Part shown: piece after piece, positions 26,729-38,131 of the stretch
Position numbering within the stretch: position 1 is the stretch's first letter
Layout: each line of letters begins with the position of its first letter
Assembly: GCA_951406725.2 (NCBI GenBank)
Contig: OX597814.1
Span: 75,392,001 to 75,456,000, forward strand
Reading direction: 5' to 3'
Length of the DNA: 64,000 nt
Source of the DNA: Octopus vulgaris
Lineage: Eukaryota
Position numbers and translations under genes: made by a program
Notes under the pieces: generated by a model
Databases searched by the model: none
Seen by the model: the letters and a program-made list of their open reading frames with translations, nothing else
What the model was told of the DNA's origin: nothing

Positions 26729-27624
26729 ATACACACATACATGTATGCCTGCTGCTGCTCTGTGTTTGTGTGTGTGTATACACAAGCCACAGCTAATGCA
26801 AATACTAGCCAAAAATCATTATACATAAAGTTCAAAAGATGAAGTGAACAATCTAATGAACACATATTACCCTCATACTTAAATATCATATTTTGTGAAG
26901 TTCAATAGTAATCTGATTTTTTTTTAATTCAAAGAAACTTTAAGAATTTAACAAAATCAGATTAGGATTCATTAGAAAATTTTTTTCTTTTTCCCTAAAC
27001 TGAGTAAAATGCAAAATGAAAACAGCAAAAAATATGGTTTTATGTTACATATTTCACTTGATTTTTTTTTCTGCTCTTTTCTTTTGAAAATCCTTCAAAT
27101 TCTGAATCAACATTTGTGAATGTAAAATGGTATTTTTCTTTCTTGTTTTCTTCCTGTCGCAAAATGTTCTGGAAAATGTAACTGTTACGATGGAAGAAAA
27201 TATTCCCAACCACCAAAAAAAGTGGGGAGTAAAAATATTGGACAGTTTTGAGCAACTGTTTATCTATTGGAGACACATGTTTTCACAAACATAGTGATGA
27301 GATTTGTGTTGTAATTTTCATTTATAGATGAATAGGCTATTTCAGATGAGTTGATAGTATAAGCCAAAAGAATTCTCAGGTGAGCTCAAGTGGGCCGGTA
27401 ATAGAAAGATTAAAGATTCAGCAAGCAGTTAGAAATTCAGAGAGAGAGAGATTCTGGCTGAAACATTTGATGAAAAAGAAGAGGAGACAGAGATATATAG
27501 CACAGAGGTCAACTGAAAGTGGGGACAACCAACTGAGGGTCAGAGACAGAACTATAAAAGTAAAAAGGCAACCTTCAAAAGACTGGAAAAATGGAGACAG
27601 CAGAGAATTATATCAGTTACCTAG

Positions 27625-27960
27625 GTGAGAAGCTAGACATAAGGTTTACATAGGCAAGGTAAAAAGTAAATGTCCTACACAAGGATCAAAATTGTGAGGT
27701 ATTCAGGACTGCAATACAGTTTATAAGAGAAAATCAAAATGTTGTGGGTGACAAATGTGAACAGGTGGGTAATGGTACATTTGCACTTAGTAATTCTGAA
27801 AAGAAAGAGGCACAGAAGTGCTACTATGAAAGGTTAGTAAGTAGTTGAGAATGCCTGGGAGAAAGCAGATGCTCCTAACATGAACACAACAGCTATCCTA
27901 GTTGATAGTAGTATGACAAAAAAAGGCAATCAAAGAATATAAAGAGAGGGAAGGCTCCTC
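27625..27960 (+). pseudogene. Degraded internal RTE fragment (EN-RT linker)
   Basis: agagaaaatcaaaatgttgtgggtgacaaatgt...tactatgaaaggttag parallels RENRDVVGEKYV...HYERLL of ORF 38132-40957. Confidence 0.7.
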
Positions 27961-29639
27961 ACCTACATACACAACTAACTCTCTCACAATTATAGGTCAG
28001 TTTCTATAAGGAAACTAGGATAATTTTAAATGATAATTGAAAAATATAAAATATCAAAAACTAAAGTAAACCAATAGTTCTAGTTGTTTGGAATAATTGG
28101 GCATCAAATTCATTCTGCATTTGAAAATATAAATGTAAAGTTAACAAGATTGAGTGATGCTAATATATTTTTTCAGTACATACAAGTTAATAGAATCAAC
28201 TCAGAACTTGAACATTTAAATCACAATATAACATGTTAATAATCATGACAAAGACTGAAATCCCTGTATTCTAATATGTTGATATTAACATTTTTTAATG
28301 AATAAATTCACATATATATAATGTGTAAATCAGTATAGTAAGATAGTAAATAACAGAAAGAAAATATTGGAAAATCAAGTTAATTCAATCTTAAATGATA
28401 TATTATCAAGGTAAAAATAAAACTGATAATATATTACATACAATTATATTGAAAGCATTTATTCCTGCTGTTTGGTAATCTTTACTTTTTATCATGCTAA
28501 GTGATTTATGTGTATCAACATAATGTATAAACCCCACAATTTCTAATTTCTCTCGGCAAATTCAAAAGGAGATGGAGTTATTAGTATTTGATCCATAATC
28601 ATAGTGTTCATTTTTTTTTTATCCAAAGCATGAAAGATCAGAAGGATTTTTTAAATAAATAATGTTACATTAACTATAATTACTTTGCTGTGAGTGAGTG
28701 AGGCATTTCTTTATGTTTCTTTAAATAGAACATTTAACAAGATTTTGAGGATTGGTCTCCTGTTGGCTTCTCCAGTGAAATATGACAGAAAGTAAAATTT
28801 AATGATATTTTAGTTTACAGTCAAGATACCAATGAAAATCAATAGTAAATATATGAGCCAACCTACCATTTTAAAAAGATGGAAAGAGGCATTAAAAAAA
28901 AAATCAATAGTCATGACCTAGTCTTCTTGGTGGACGCTGCTTTGTCGGTAAACAACAACATTTACAAAACTATTATAATACTATAATGGAATATAAAAAA
29001 TATATTCAGGCAGTGACAAAAGATCTTTGTCCCCACAGTTATACTGTACAATATGATTTAAACTGTTGAGAAATAATTATCTAAAATGGTTTTGTCCAAG
29101 TTAATCATATTGCCATTACCAAAGCATATTAACATTATATTTTATTTTTGGAATAGTGACTCTTGAAGCAAGTGAAGCTATAAATAATAGTATGTAAATA
29201 TTAAATTGAAATATTCTTTTGGATAGAAAAAGAGGAAGGCTGCTTGTGAAATATGAACCCACATGATAGGCATTCTATTTAGACCAAAGTAATCCCTTCA
29301 AGTATTTCTATCCATTTTACAAACTTTATTGCAAGTGAAAGGTTTTTTTAATCCAATATTTATTTATACGCTATTATTTATAGCTTTATATGCTTCAAGG
29401 CACTCCATTCCAAAAATAAATTATATTGTGTTCAAGAGGTTCTAAATTTTTATGGCATCAACATCTCATTTTATTCTTTCCCTTCCAAATCAAAGATAAA
29501 TGGTATGATTTTAGATATTTTGTAGATATGACTTTCCTTTTTGTTGTTAAAGTATCTTGCCAAAGAGCACAATGCAATGATTAACATCCAAATATCAGTA
29601 CAAGACAGTGCACTCCAGGTCTCAGAACCTGGCCATTTG

Positions 29640-30141
29640 ACGTACCAGTGCTTCCAACTATTAAAAATGAATTTTCCTCTACAGCAGCACACCTGTTTCT
29701 GCACTCATTCTTGATCATTCTCTCTCTCTCCTTCTCTTGCTCTGCCCTCTGGATAGGTGACCAAGTATCTCCTTTACATCAGCACACCTGTTTCTGTCCT
29801 CATTCTTGTTACCTCTCTTTCCCTCTCATTCTCTCTCTCTCTATGGCTGGGTAACCATGTACCTCCTCTATAGCATACTCTAACTTTTCATCATCTGATA
29901 CAAGATCAGCTCCTCCAATGCCCTCTCCCTTCTCAAAATTCCTTGTTTTGCAAGTTACTTGGTGTTACCACTGTGAAGTGGTTGGCATTGGAAGGGTATC
30001 CAGCTGTAAAAACTTTGCCAAAGCAAACACAATAGCCTGGAGTAGTTTTCTACCTGGCTGACTCCTGTCAAACTGTCCAACCCACGCTAGCATGGATGGC
30101 AGATGTTAAACGATGATGATAATGATGATGATAATGATGAT
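29640..30141 (+). mobile_element. Pyrimidine-rich repeat ending in an RTE-type tail and (GAT)n
   Basis: Shares cacctgtttctgtc...ttgcaagttacttggtg with 22990-23180. Ends aacccacgctagcatgg...gttaaac(gat)n. Confidence 0.7.
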
Positions 30142-32807
30142 TCAGTGACTAAAAGGGCTATTCTTCTACTGGTATGATTGAACAAGACAGAAAAGTGTGT
30201 AATCTCTTATTATATTGAAATTCCAGACATGTTAAATAAATGTTCATGCAAAAAATAAGGGAAAACTTATCATGTAATGTTGACTCTGAACATTAGGACA
30301 GCTAACATAGGATTTGAGATTGTGTAAATTTACAGATTTTATTGACATTAGAGGCATAAGTAAAGAAAATAGTAGCATTTGGAAGTTGTATTTGGAACCC
30401 AGACAAACCATTAAGAGCTTATCTCTATTTAATAATTCACAAAAGCCTACATAATGATTAGGCATAAGGTAATTTTTTGTAGAGAAGACCTATGAACAGT
30501 TAAATCAAACCTAAAATAAATTTTTTTAATGAATACCGACACAAAAAGAATCCCTATATCCTGCATTTTATCTAGTCAGTTTAATTAGCTTAATCATCTT
30601 AAAATTATAATCAGACTTTAGGTAAAAAAAATCAAATCAAAGCTGGTGATTTCAAAAGATGCTATATTAAACAATGCTTACCATCTATATGATGAAAATT
30701 AACAGCTGGCAACCAATTCTGATAATTCATTCATTTTGTCAGTCTCCTGCTGACTAAATTGGAATCTTTCAACACAGAAGGGTTTCTAATAGAAAAAAAG
30801 AAAAAGAAAGCATAGTTGGTTAGGAACCATAAAATTAACCGTTAATTCAGCATCATGATAATGAGACAGGGAACAATTTTCTTGCTTCCTTAATATATAA
30901 ATGAATTCCTAGTCATCACAAAGAATACTGTTGATTGTCACACTACTGCTGTGCATTAATACTTATGCCAAGTCTATTCATTTAGCAAACTAGTGATTGA
31001 CATTTTATGTTACTATCAATTTGGCAAGAACCATGTTAACAGTTGAAGAGATATGACAGTGAAGAGTGAAGCATATATAGACACAAACAGGCAAAAATGG
31101 AAACAAAGACGAAATCAAACATATAGTACTTTCAGAGAAATAAATGACATAGATATCCAAACAGTTTCATGAGTCACAGAAATGGGAAGGAGCTCTAAGA
31201 GGAATGGAAAAAAAAAATAATAATAAGTAACGAAAATCATCAATGACAAGAAAGAAATTACTATTCATCAGATATATATTAAGAATAAACTGTTGATACA
31301 AGTCAAACTGACTTCTCACATTAGTACAATGCTACAAATTTGAAGTAGAAAGATATAGGAGATGAACTTCAGTGCACTACTAGCACTATTTTATTGTTTT
31401 GGGTGTGCACACGTACATATATACATGATGAGCATTTATCAGTTTCTGTGTACCAAATTACATCATGGGGCATTGGTCAACTGGTAGCTATGGTAGAACA
31501 CATCAGTGTCCATGCAATGGGAATCAACTCTCAACCATGAGATTCCAATACAAACTACTTAATCACATGGCCATGCGTGCAGCACTCCTCCCTCTCTCTT
31601 TCCACATACACACACACACACACTCTGTATAAGTATGAAGACCCAATAAATTACAAAATTCACCAGCATCACTTTGTGTAATATTAAATTGCTTATTAAT
31701 AATAAATGATAAATCGCCTTTGTTTATCAACTATTGAATCACACAGGCTTAATAACCAAGTAAGCTATGGGATATTGTATTTAGTAATTCCCTATTTAAT
31801 GAGGTATACTTGTCTTCATCCTTTGTCAGAGCATTTTGAAACATTTACATAAGTGATGACAAAGAAAAGCCAATGAAACAGGAGAAAAGTGAATTAATAA
31901 AGGATTTCATCAGCAACAAATTATAACAGCACAAAACAATGCAAATGAATAGCATAATACTGAAAAAAAAAACGTTTTTAATTCTTGTAAAAACAAATTA
32001 ATAAAATGTTAACATGTTAATAAAATTGAATGTCTTTTTTTTACATCTTCAGACAACCAAATTTACTTCAGCTTAACTAAAAGCTATTTATATCTATTGA
32101 CTTCTCTCTGACATAGGCAAGACTTTCAAAATGTACTGACAAAAGACAAGTACACTGTCTAAAACAAAACAAGTAACAGATTGATTATAATCAATGAAAG
32201 CATATCTTCATGTAATTCTATGAAGATATGCTTTCATTTGACTTAAGAAATCACCACTCTCTGAACTGAATAACACAATGCAAAATGATGGGTCTAAGAA
32301 TATAGGTCAGAGCAAAAATAGAATGGACCATATCATAAAAGGGAATTGGCATTCAATCAATTTTGGAATGAATTTAGATACAATCTACAAACAAAAATAA
32401 AACAAAATCAAAACAAGATTGCTAGCATTTTTACAGTTGGCCTTTTATATTTGTTGGATATGTTAAGAGTTACAAAAGGGAGTTTAGAGTTACAATATTG
32501 CTTCTTGTAATAGAAGTGTATTACAGTTTTCATAAATAGACTTTAGTCAAGCTACAGTAGACATTAATGAAATTGTTACTGAAGTGCATGAAAATTTTAG
32601 TGAGTGTGTGTATAATCAATACCTATAAAAATGTGCAGTGTGTGTGTGTGTATAAGTAAAAGTAAGTACATGTCATACATTTTAATTACTCATTTGAAGC
32701 TGATGGTTCATTGTGTCATTACTTCAAGTTTCTTGCAGATAGGAGTGATTTATAGAAACACAGATAGACACACACACACAAATACATATTCTCATACATA
32801 TATTTGC

Positions 32808-33050
32808 TTTTGTCTTGAGCAAGACACTTTATTTCACAATGCTACAGTTCACTCACCTGTAGAAATGAGTTGTGATGTCACTAGTGCCAAGCTGTGTTGG
32901 CCTTTACCTTTGCCTTGGATAACTTCAGTGGCATGGAGAGGGGAGGCTAGTATGCATGGGTGACTGCTGGTCTTCAATAATCAACCCTGTCCAAACTTGT
33001 GCCCCAGAGTGTGCTTTCTAGGTGGTCATTTATGTAAGAAGAGGGTCCTT
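32808..33050 (+). mobile_element. 5'-truncated SINE of another family
   Basis: Begins gtcttgagcaagacactttatttcac, resembling the motif that follows the tRNA head in many SINEs. Sits between CA-rich tracts. Confidence 0.55.
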
Positions 33051-33114
33051 CTTCTATACAGACATACACACAAATATGTGCACATGCACACATGTGTGTT
33101 TGTTTTTTGTTTTT

Positions 33115-33462
33115 TTACTTGTTTCAGTCATTAGACTGTGGCCATGCTGGCCTTGAAGAATTTCAGGTGAACAAATTGACACCAGTACTTTTATTATTTT
33201 TTTTATTGTATCAGTCTCTTTTGCAAAACTGCTAAATCACTGGGGCATAAACACACCAATACTGGTTGTTAAATGGTGATGATGGTGGTGAGTAGGTGAG
33301 CAAACACAGACGCAAATTCACACACAACGGGCTTCTTTCAGTTTGCATGTATCAAATCTATTCACAAGGCTTAATAGAAGACAACCAAGGAGCCACACAG
33401 TGGGACTAAACCCAGAACCATGTTGGTTGGAAACAAACTTCTTACCACACAGCCATACCTGC
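33115..33462 (-). mobile_element. Full-length tRNA-derived SINE (58077/60240 family)
   Basis: ttacttgtttcagtcattagactgtggccatgctgg tail, gggcttctttcagttt core, cttcttaccacacagcc head. Confidence 0.85.
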
Positions 33463-33653
33463 ACCTCTCTCTCTCTCTCCCTTCATATATATATATATAT
33501 ATATATATATTTCAGCAAAACAATTAAGATTCAAATAAATTCAAATGAATATGGTACTTAACTTAGATGCACCAGAATTCTTTATGGTATTAACCATAAA
33601 ATTATGTGGGGTGATTATAACCAAGAAAAAAGCAACAAGAATGGATCGGTAGT

Positions 33654-33740
33654 TTTCATACAATTGTTTCATACTATAAACATTTTATTTAAAGCTGCAA
33701 ATATTACAGCAAATATAATGTCAAGTATTCATCAGCTAAA
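33654..33740 (-). ncRNA. Hammerhead ribozyme, mirror copy with weakened stem I
   Basis: Same core as 34383-34469, but the 3' strand of stem I reads TGAAA instead of CTAAA. Confidence 0.6.
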
Positions 33741-34382
33741 TCACATATAGGTTTTCCAAAACATCTTAGAGAGTGTAAATATCCTTATGAAGTTATAGGA
33801 GTGAGTTCCATGAATTTGAAGTAGGATTCCAAGCAGACTATATATGTATTCCAACAATGCAAAGTTTTAAAAATGATTATTAACATCCCAGAGAAGATAA
33901 ATCTACTCATAAAGATGTGGATATAAGTTCCAAGAGACATGAGGAAAGATGCTGGTCAAATGGGGATGTAAGAAGGAATAAAGATACCACAGACAAAGGT
34001 CAGTCTATATCTGTGGTGACAGAAAATCTAGGTCAGTGTAGAAGGAATCTTAAATTCATAAAAGAACTGTAAGTTTGACCACCACTAACTCTGAATTGAG
34101 AAATTCACAGAATTAATGGTGGGATTAAGAATACAGGAAGATCAAAGGAAAACACTAAAGGGGTCATAGGTTATCGGTAGAGGGAGATACAGTAAGAAAA
34201 TTAAGGTTAACACTGAGTAGATTTATCTTCTCTGGGATGTTAATAATCAATTTAAAAACTTTGCATTGTTGGAATACATATATAGTCTGCTTGGAATCCT
34301 ACTTCAAATTCATGGAACTCACTCCTATAACTTCATAAGGATATTTACACTCTCTAAGATGTTTTGGAAAACCTATATGTGA

Positions 34383-34469
34383 TTTAGCTGATGAATACTT
34401 GACATTATATTTGCTGTAATATTTGCAGCTTTAAATAAAATGTTTATAGTATGAAACAATTGTACTAAA
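34383..34469 (+). ncRNA. Type I hammerhead ribozyme with extended stem II
   Basis: TTTAG (34383-87), CTGATGA (34388-94), ATACT...AGTAT stem II, GAAA (34453-56), CAATTG palindrome, T, A (GUA cleavage triplet, cut predicted after 34464), CTAAA (34465-69, pairs with TTTAG). Confidence 0.82.
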
Positions 34470-35628
34470 ACTACCGGTCCATTCTTGTTGCTTTTTTCTT
34501 GGTTATATATATATATATATATAAATTATTAGCAATGGAAGCAGCATTAATATCAAACAGTAATCTTTATATCCAACTTAACATGGATGTCTTGTTAGAA
34601 CAGTGAATGCTGTGTTATTAGCGTTGAGGGAGCCACTCCTATAGGTGCTTGGTGCATAAAAGCACACACATATCATAGCAGATGAGAACCATCTATCATG
34701 AGCATGGGAATTCTCATATCACATGATTTCATTCTACTGGAAATCATCAGTGGGAAGCATTTGGTCATCACATAGTAGTCAAATCTTGCAGTAATGATAT
34801 ATAGAATACCTTCATCATTTAAACACTGCTGTTGCAAATAGCCAGCAGGTTTGTTAAAAATTAATTATTGGCGATGGAAGCAGTATCAATACCAAAAGGT
34901 AATCTCAACTGCTACAATAAATATCAGTGATAGATGAAAATGCAGCCTAGCAGCAGTCAGCATGAGTGCTCAATACATTTCAGTCGTTTTGAGCCACCCA
35001 CATGCCTCTGATATAACATTCACTGATGTAGCAAACAGCTGCTTAACTGATTAAAACTCTGGTATATGCAATTGAGGCAATATTTAATTTTAAAATAATC
35101 ATCTATAAGTCATAATATACATACAGTTTTGATAGGCTAGTTACTGGGATATTTGTCCTAAGAGAACATCTATTTTGGACTTGCTGTGTTAAAAATATGA
35201 TTAATGGATGACAGTTCAAGAGTGTATATACATTTACACAGCTGGTGATTTGTATCTATGTATACATGTTTTTATGAGATTAGATACATACATGTACATA
35301 TACGAAAGAGAAATTCAGTTAGAGGCAAAAATAAATTAAAAACATACAATTTTGTCTGGCAAAACAATTGAAACAGTTTATAGAATTAGAAAAAAAAAAA
35401 AAATGAAATTAAGTATGAAAATTTCAATACAATTTTCTGTTGTGTACAGTCATCACATTGTTGAATTAGGTTACTACTAACGTGACAATTTCAGCAGTGA
35501 AAACTTAAAATTACAGAAGACTGAAATTAAGGCAACACATGAATTGTGTTGTTTCTAAGTATAAGAACTAGTTGATGAATCTTATTAGACAAGTGCTCTT
35601 CTTACTTTATATTATATTATATAAATAT

Positions 35629-35958
35629 ATCATCATCATCATCATCATTTAATGTCCACTTTCCATACTGGCATGGGTTGGACAGTTTGACATGGAGTTG
35701 GCTAGCAGGAAACTGTATGGCTCCAACTGTCTGTTGTGCTATGGTTTCTATGGCTGAATGCCCTTTCTAATGCTGAACACTTAACAGAGTGTGTTGCGTG
35801 CTTTTTACGTGTCACTGTTACAGGTGTGCTTACGCAGCACTGGCACAAGTGCTTTTTAAGTGGCACTGGCACCTGAAAGAACAAGTCTATTTGTGTAGAA
35901 GACAACTATTTCCCTTAACTTGATGTGTCCTATCACGTACAGCAAATTGCCACATCTG
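35629..35958 (-). mobile_element. RTE 3' UTR/tail fragment
   Basis: (atc)n-atttaatgtccactttccatactggcatgggttggac, plus short tttttacgtgtcac repeat units. Confidence 0.8.
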
Positions 35959-35978
35959 TATGACAATAAAAATAATTA

Positions 35979-37194
35979 TTGGGTCATCCCATAAATAATG
36001 TATTTTTTTAATACTTCTTTTATTTTTCAAAATTCAGATAAACAGTTCTTTTTTGATCTAAACCAGATTGTCCTTCATTTTCTACAATGCTTTTCCATCT
36101 ATCTGGTAGACTTGCAAGGCCCCACTTACAAAATTCACTTGTCTGTGATGAAAAATAGTCCTCCTGTACTGTTCTGACCTTGTCTACAGAATTCATGTTT
36201 TCCATCCAAACGATTCTGAAGATTGCAGAATAAATGATAATCAGATGGGTGTAATGTCCAACAAATATGATGGGTGGGGCATTGTTTCCCATTCAAACTG
36301 CTCCAGCATTTAGAATGTGAGTCTCACAGTATCTGACAGAGCATTATCCTGATGGAAGAACACCATCTTGAAATCAAAGATGGTCGTTTTTCTTCTAGCA
36401 CTGACTTAAGCCACTCAAGCTGCTCACATTAGATCTTTGTTATCATTTGGTTTGGCTTTAAAAGTTTGAAGTGGACTAAACCTTTCATATCCCACCAAAC
36501 AGATAACAACACCTTATGTGGGTGAAGACCTTCTTTAGCTAGTGTTTCTCCTTTCCTTACCCACTCTTCAGTGCTTGGCATTTTATAGAGAACCCATTTC
36601 TCATCACCAGTCATTATTCAGTTCAAAAAAGGTTCATTCGTGAGATGTATCAGAAAAGAAGCGCACATATTCACTCTCTGGAGTACGATTAGACTTGGAA
36701 AGTTTGTGAGGAGTTCACTGACCCAATTTGCAGGTGTTGATGGATGGTTGAATAACCAAATCCAAGCTTCTCTGTTATGATGGGATGATTTTGTTCCATC
36801 AGGGTTTGCAAGATATCCTCATCGAGCTCTACAGATCTTCCAGGACAAGGCTTGTCTTCTAGGCCGTAGTTTCAGGCTCAGAATTTCTGGAACCACTGTT
36901 GACAATGGCTTACGTTTATTGTCTGATCCCCATATAATGCATTCCTCACACTTGTGTTGTTTCCTTTATTGAACTCATAAAGTAAAATATGCCAAATATG
37001 CTCACTTCCATTACAGTTTTGTAAAAATAACTATTAAAATCGAACTGTACTCTTCAAAACTTGCAATAAGAATAAGTACAAGGTAAAATTACTACCTGCT
37101 TTTATAGCAAGTTGATGCAGGTAGTTTATCCCATCTACCTCCAACTTTTAGTTCATACAAATGAAAAATCCACATTATTTATGGGATGACCCAA
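35979..37194 (-). mobile_element. mariner transposon, full-length but inactivated
   Basis: Perfect 23-bp TIRs ttgggtcatcccataaataatgt / acattatttatgggatgacccaa with TA on both sides (35977-78, 37195-96). Fragments TGDEKWVLY, KVLLSVWWDMKG, VFFHQDNA and GLASLPDRWKSIVENEG, with frameshifts. Confidence 0.95.
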
Positions 37195-37629
37195 TATAAG
37201 CTTAAAGCTAGGCATTCACAATGTATTGGCTAAAGAAAATAGTCTAATATGGAGGCATATAAGCTCTCAACAGAAAAAAGTGTTTATTAGTATGTGTGTG
37301 AAATGAATCCACACATGTGTTAAATGAAGAAAAGGGTTACTAGCAAAAAAATTCTGTAAATAATAATAATAATTACAAGCTTAAAGCTTAAAGTTCAATG
37401 TGTTTTGGCTAAAGAAAAGACTCTAATACTGAGGCATATAAGCCCTTGATGGAAAAAAGTGTATGTGTATGCGTGTATATATATCATCATCATCATTTAA
37501 TGTCCGCTTTCCATGCTAGCATGGGTTGGACGGTTCAACTGGGGTCTGGGGAGCCCGAAGGCTGCACCAGGCCAGTCAGATCTAGCTGGATGCCCTTCCT
37601 AACGCCAACCACTCCGAGAGTGTAGTGGG

Positions 37630-37975
37630 TGATTTTATGTGCCACCGACACAGGTGCCAGACGAGGCTGGCGAACGGCCACGCTTGGATGGTGTTTTTAT
37701 GTGCCACCGACACAGGTGCCAGACGAGGCTGGCAAACGGCCACGCTCGGATGGTGTTTTTATGTGCCACCGACACAGGTGCCAGACAAGGCTAGCAGACG
37801 ACCACGCTCGGATGGTGTTTTTTATGTGCCACCGACACAGGAGCCAGATGAGGCTGGCGATCGGCCACGATCGGATGGTGATTGTTACGTGCCCACAGCA
37901 TGGAGGCCAGTCGGTGCAGTACTGGCTACGGCCACATTTGGATGGTTTTCTTGTGTGCCACAGGCACTGGTACCA
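37630..37975 (-). repeat. Tandem array of about 62-bp units (6 units) in the RTE 3' UTR
   Basis: ttttatgtgccacc core near 37633, 37696, 37758 and 37820, degenerate at 37885 and 37947. Confidence 0.9.
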
Positions 37976-38131
37976 CAGAGATACAAATTCCATTGATGTT
38001 CATCTATTTTGATTTTGTTTGATTTTTTGATTTACACTTGCCTCAACAGGTCTTCACAAGTGTCACAAGAAGGAAGGTATGCACAGGTGGACTGACTACG
38101 TCCCAGGTAGGGGCCATGGGTTATGGCCTGA

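Larger units (their letters stand above)
33511..34507. mobile_element. Probable Penelope-like terminal fragment forming a 294-bp inverted repeat, inserted in (TA)n
   Basis: 33616-33909 is the reverse complement of 34214-34507 with about 5 differences and a 304-bp spacer. (TA)n lies on both sides and each arm has a hammerhead motif. The inverted repeat is certain; the PLE origin is inferred. Confidence 0.75.

Noticed and set aside
34715-34753. Minus-strand CTGATGA...GAAA hammerhead-like spacing
   Set aside because: Stem II closes with a mismatch, there is no valid NUH triplet with stem III, and no stem I.
37198-37462. Diverged local duplication of about 85 bp (similar small ones at 25423-25508, 43452-43535 and 44698/45009)
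   Set aside because: Ordinary short tandem duplications with no further structure.
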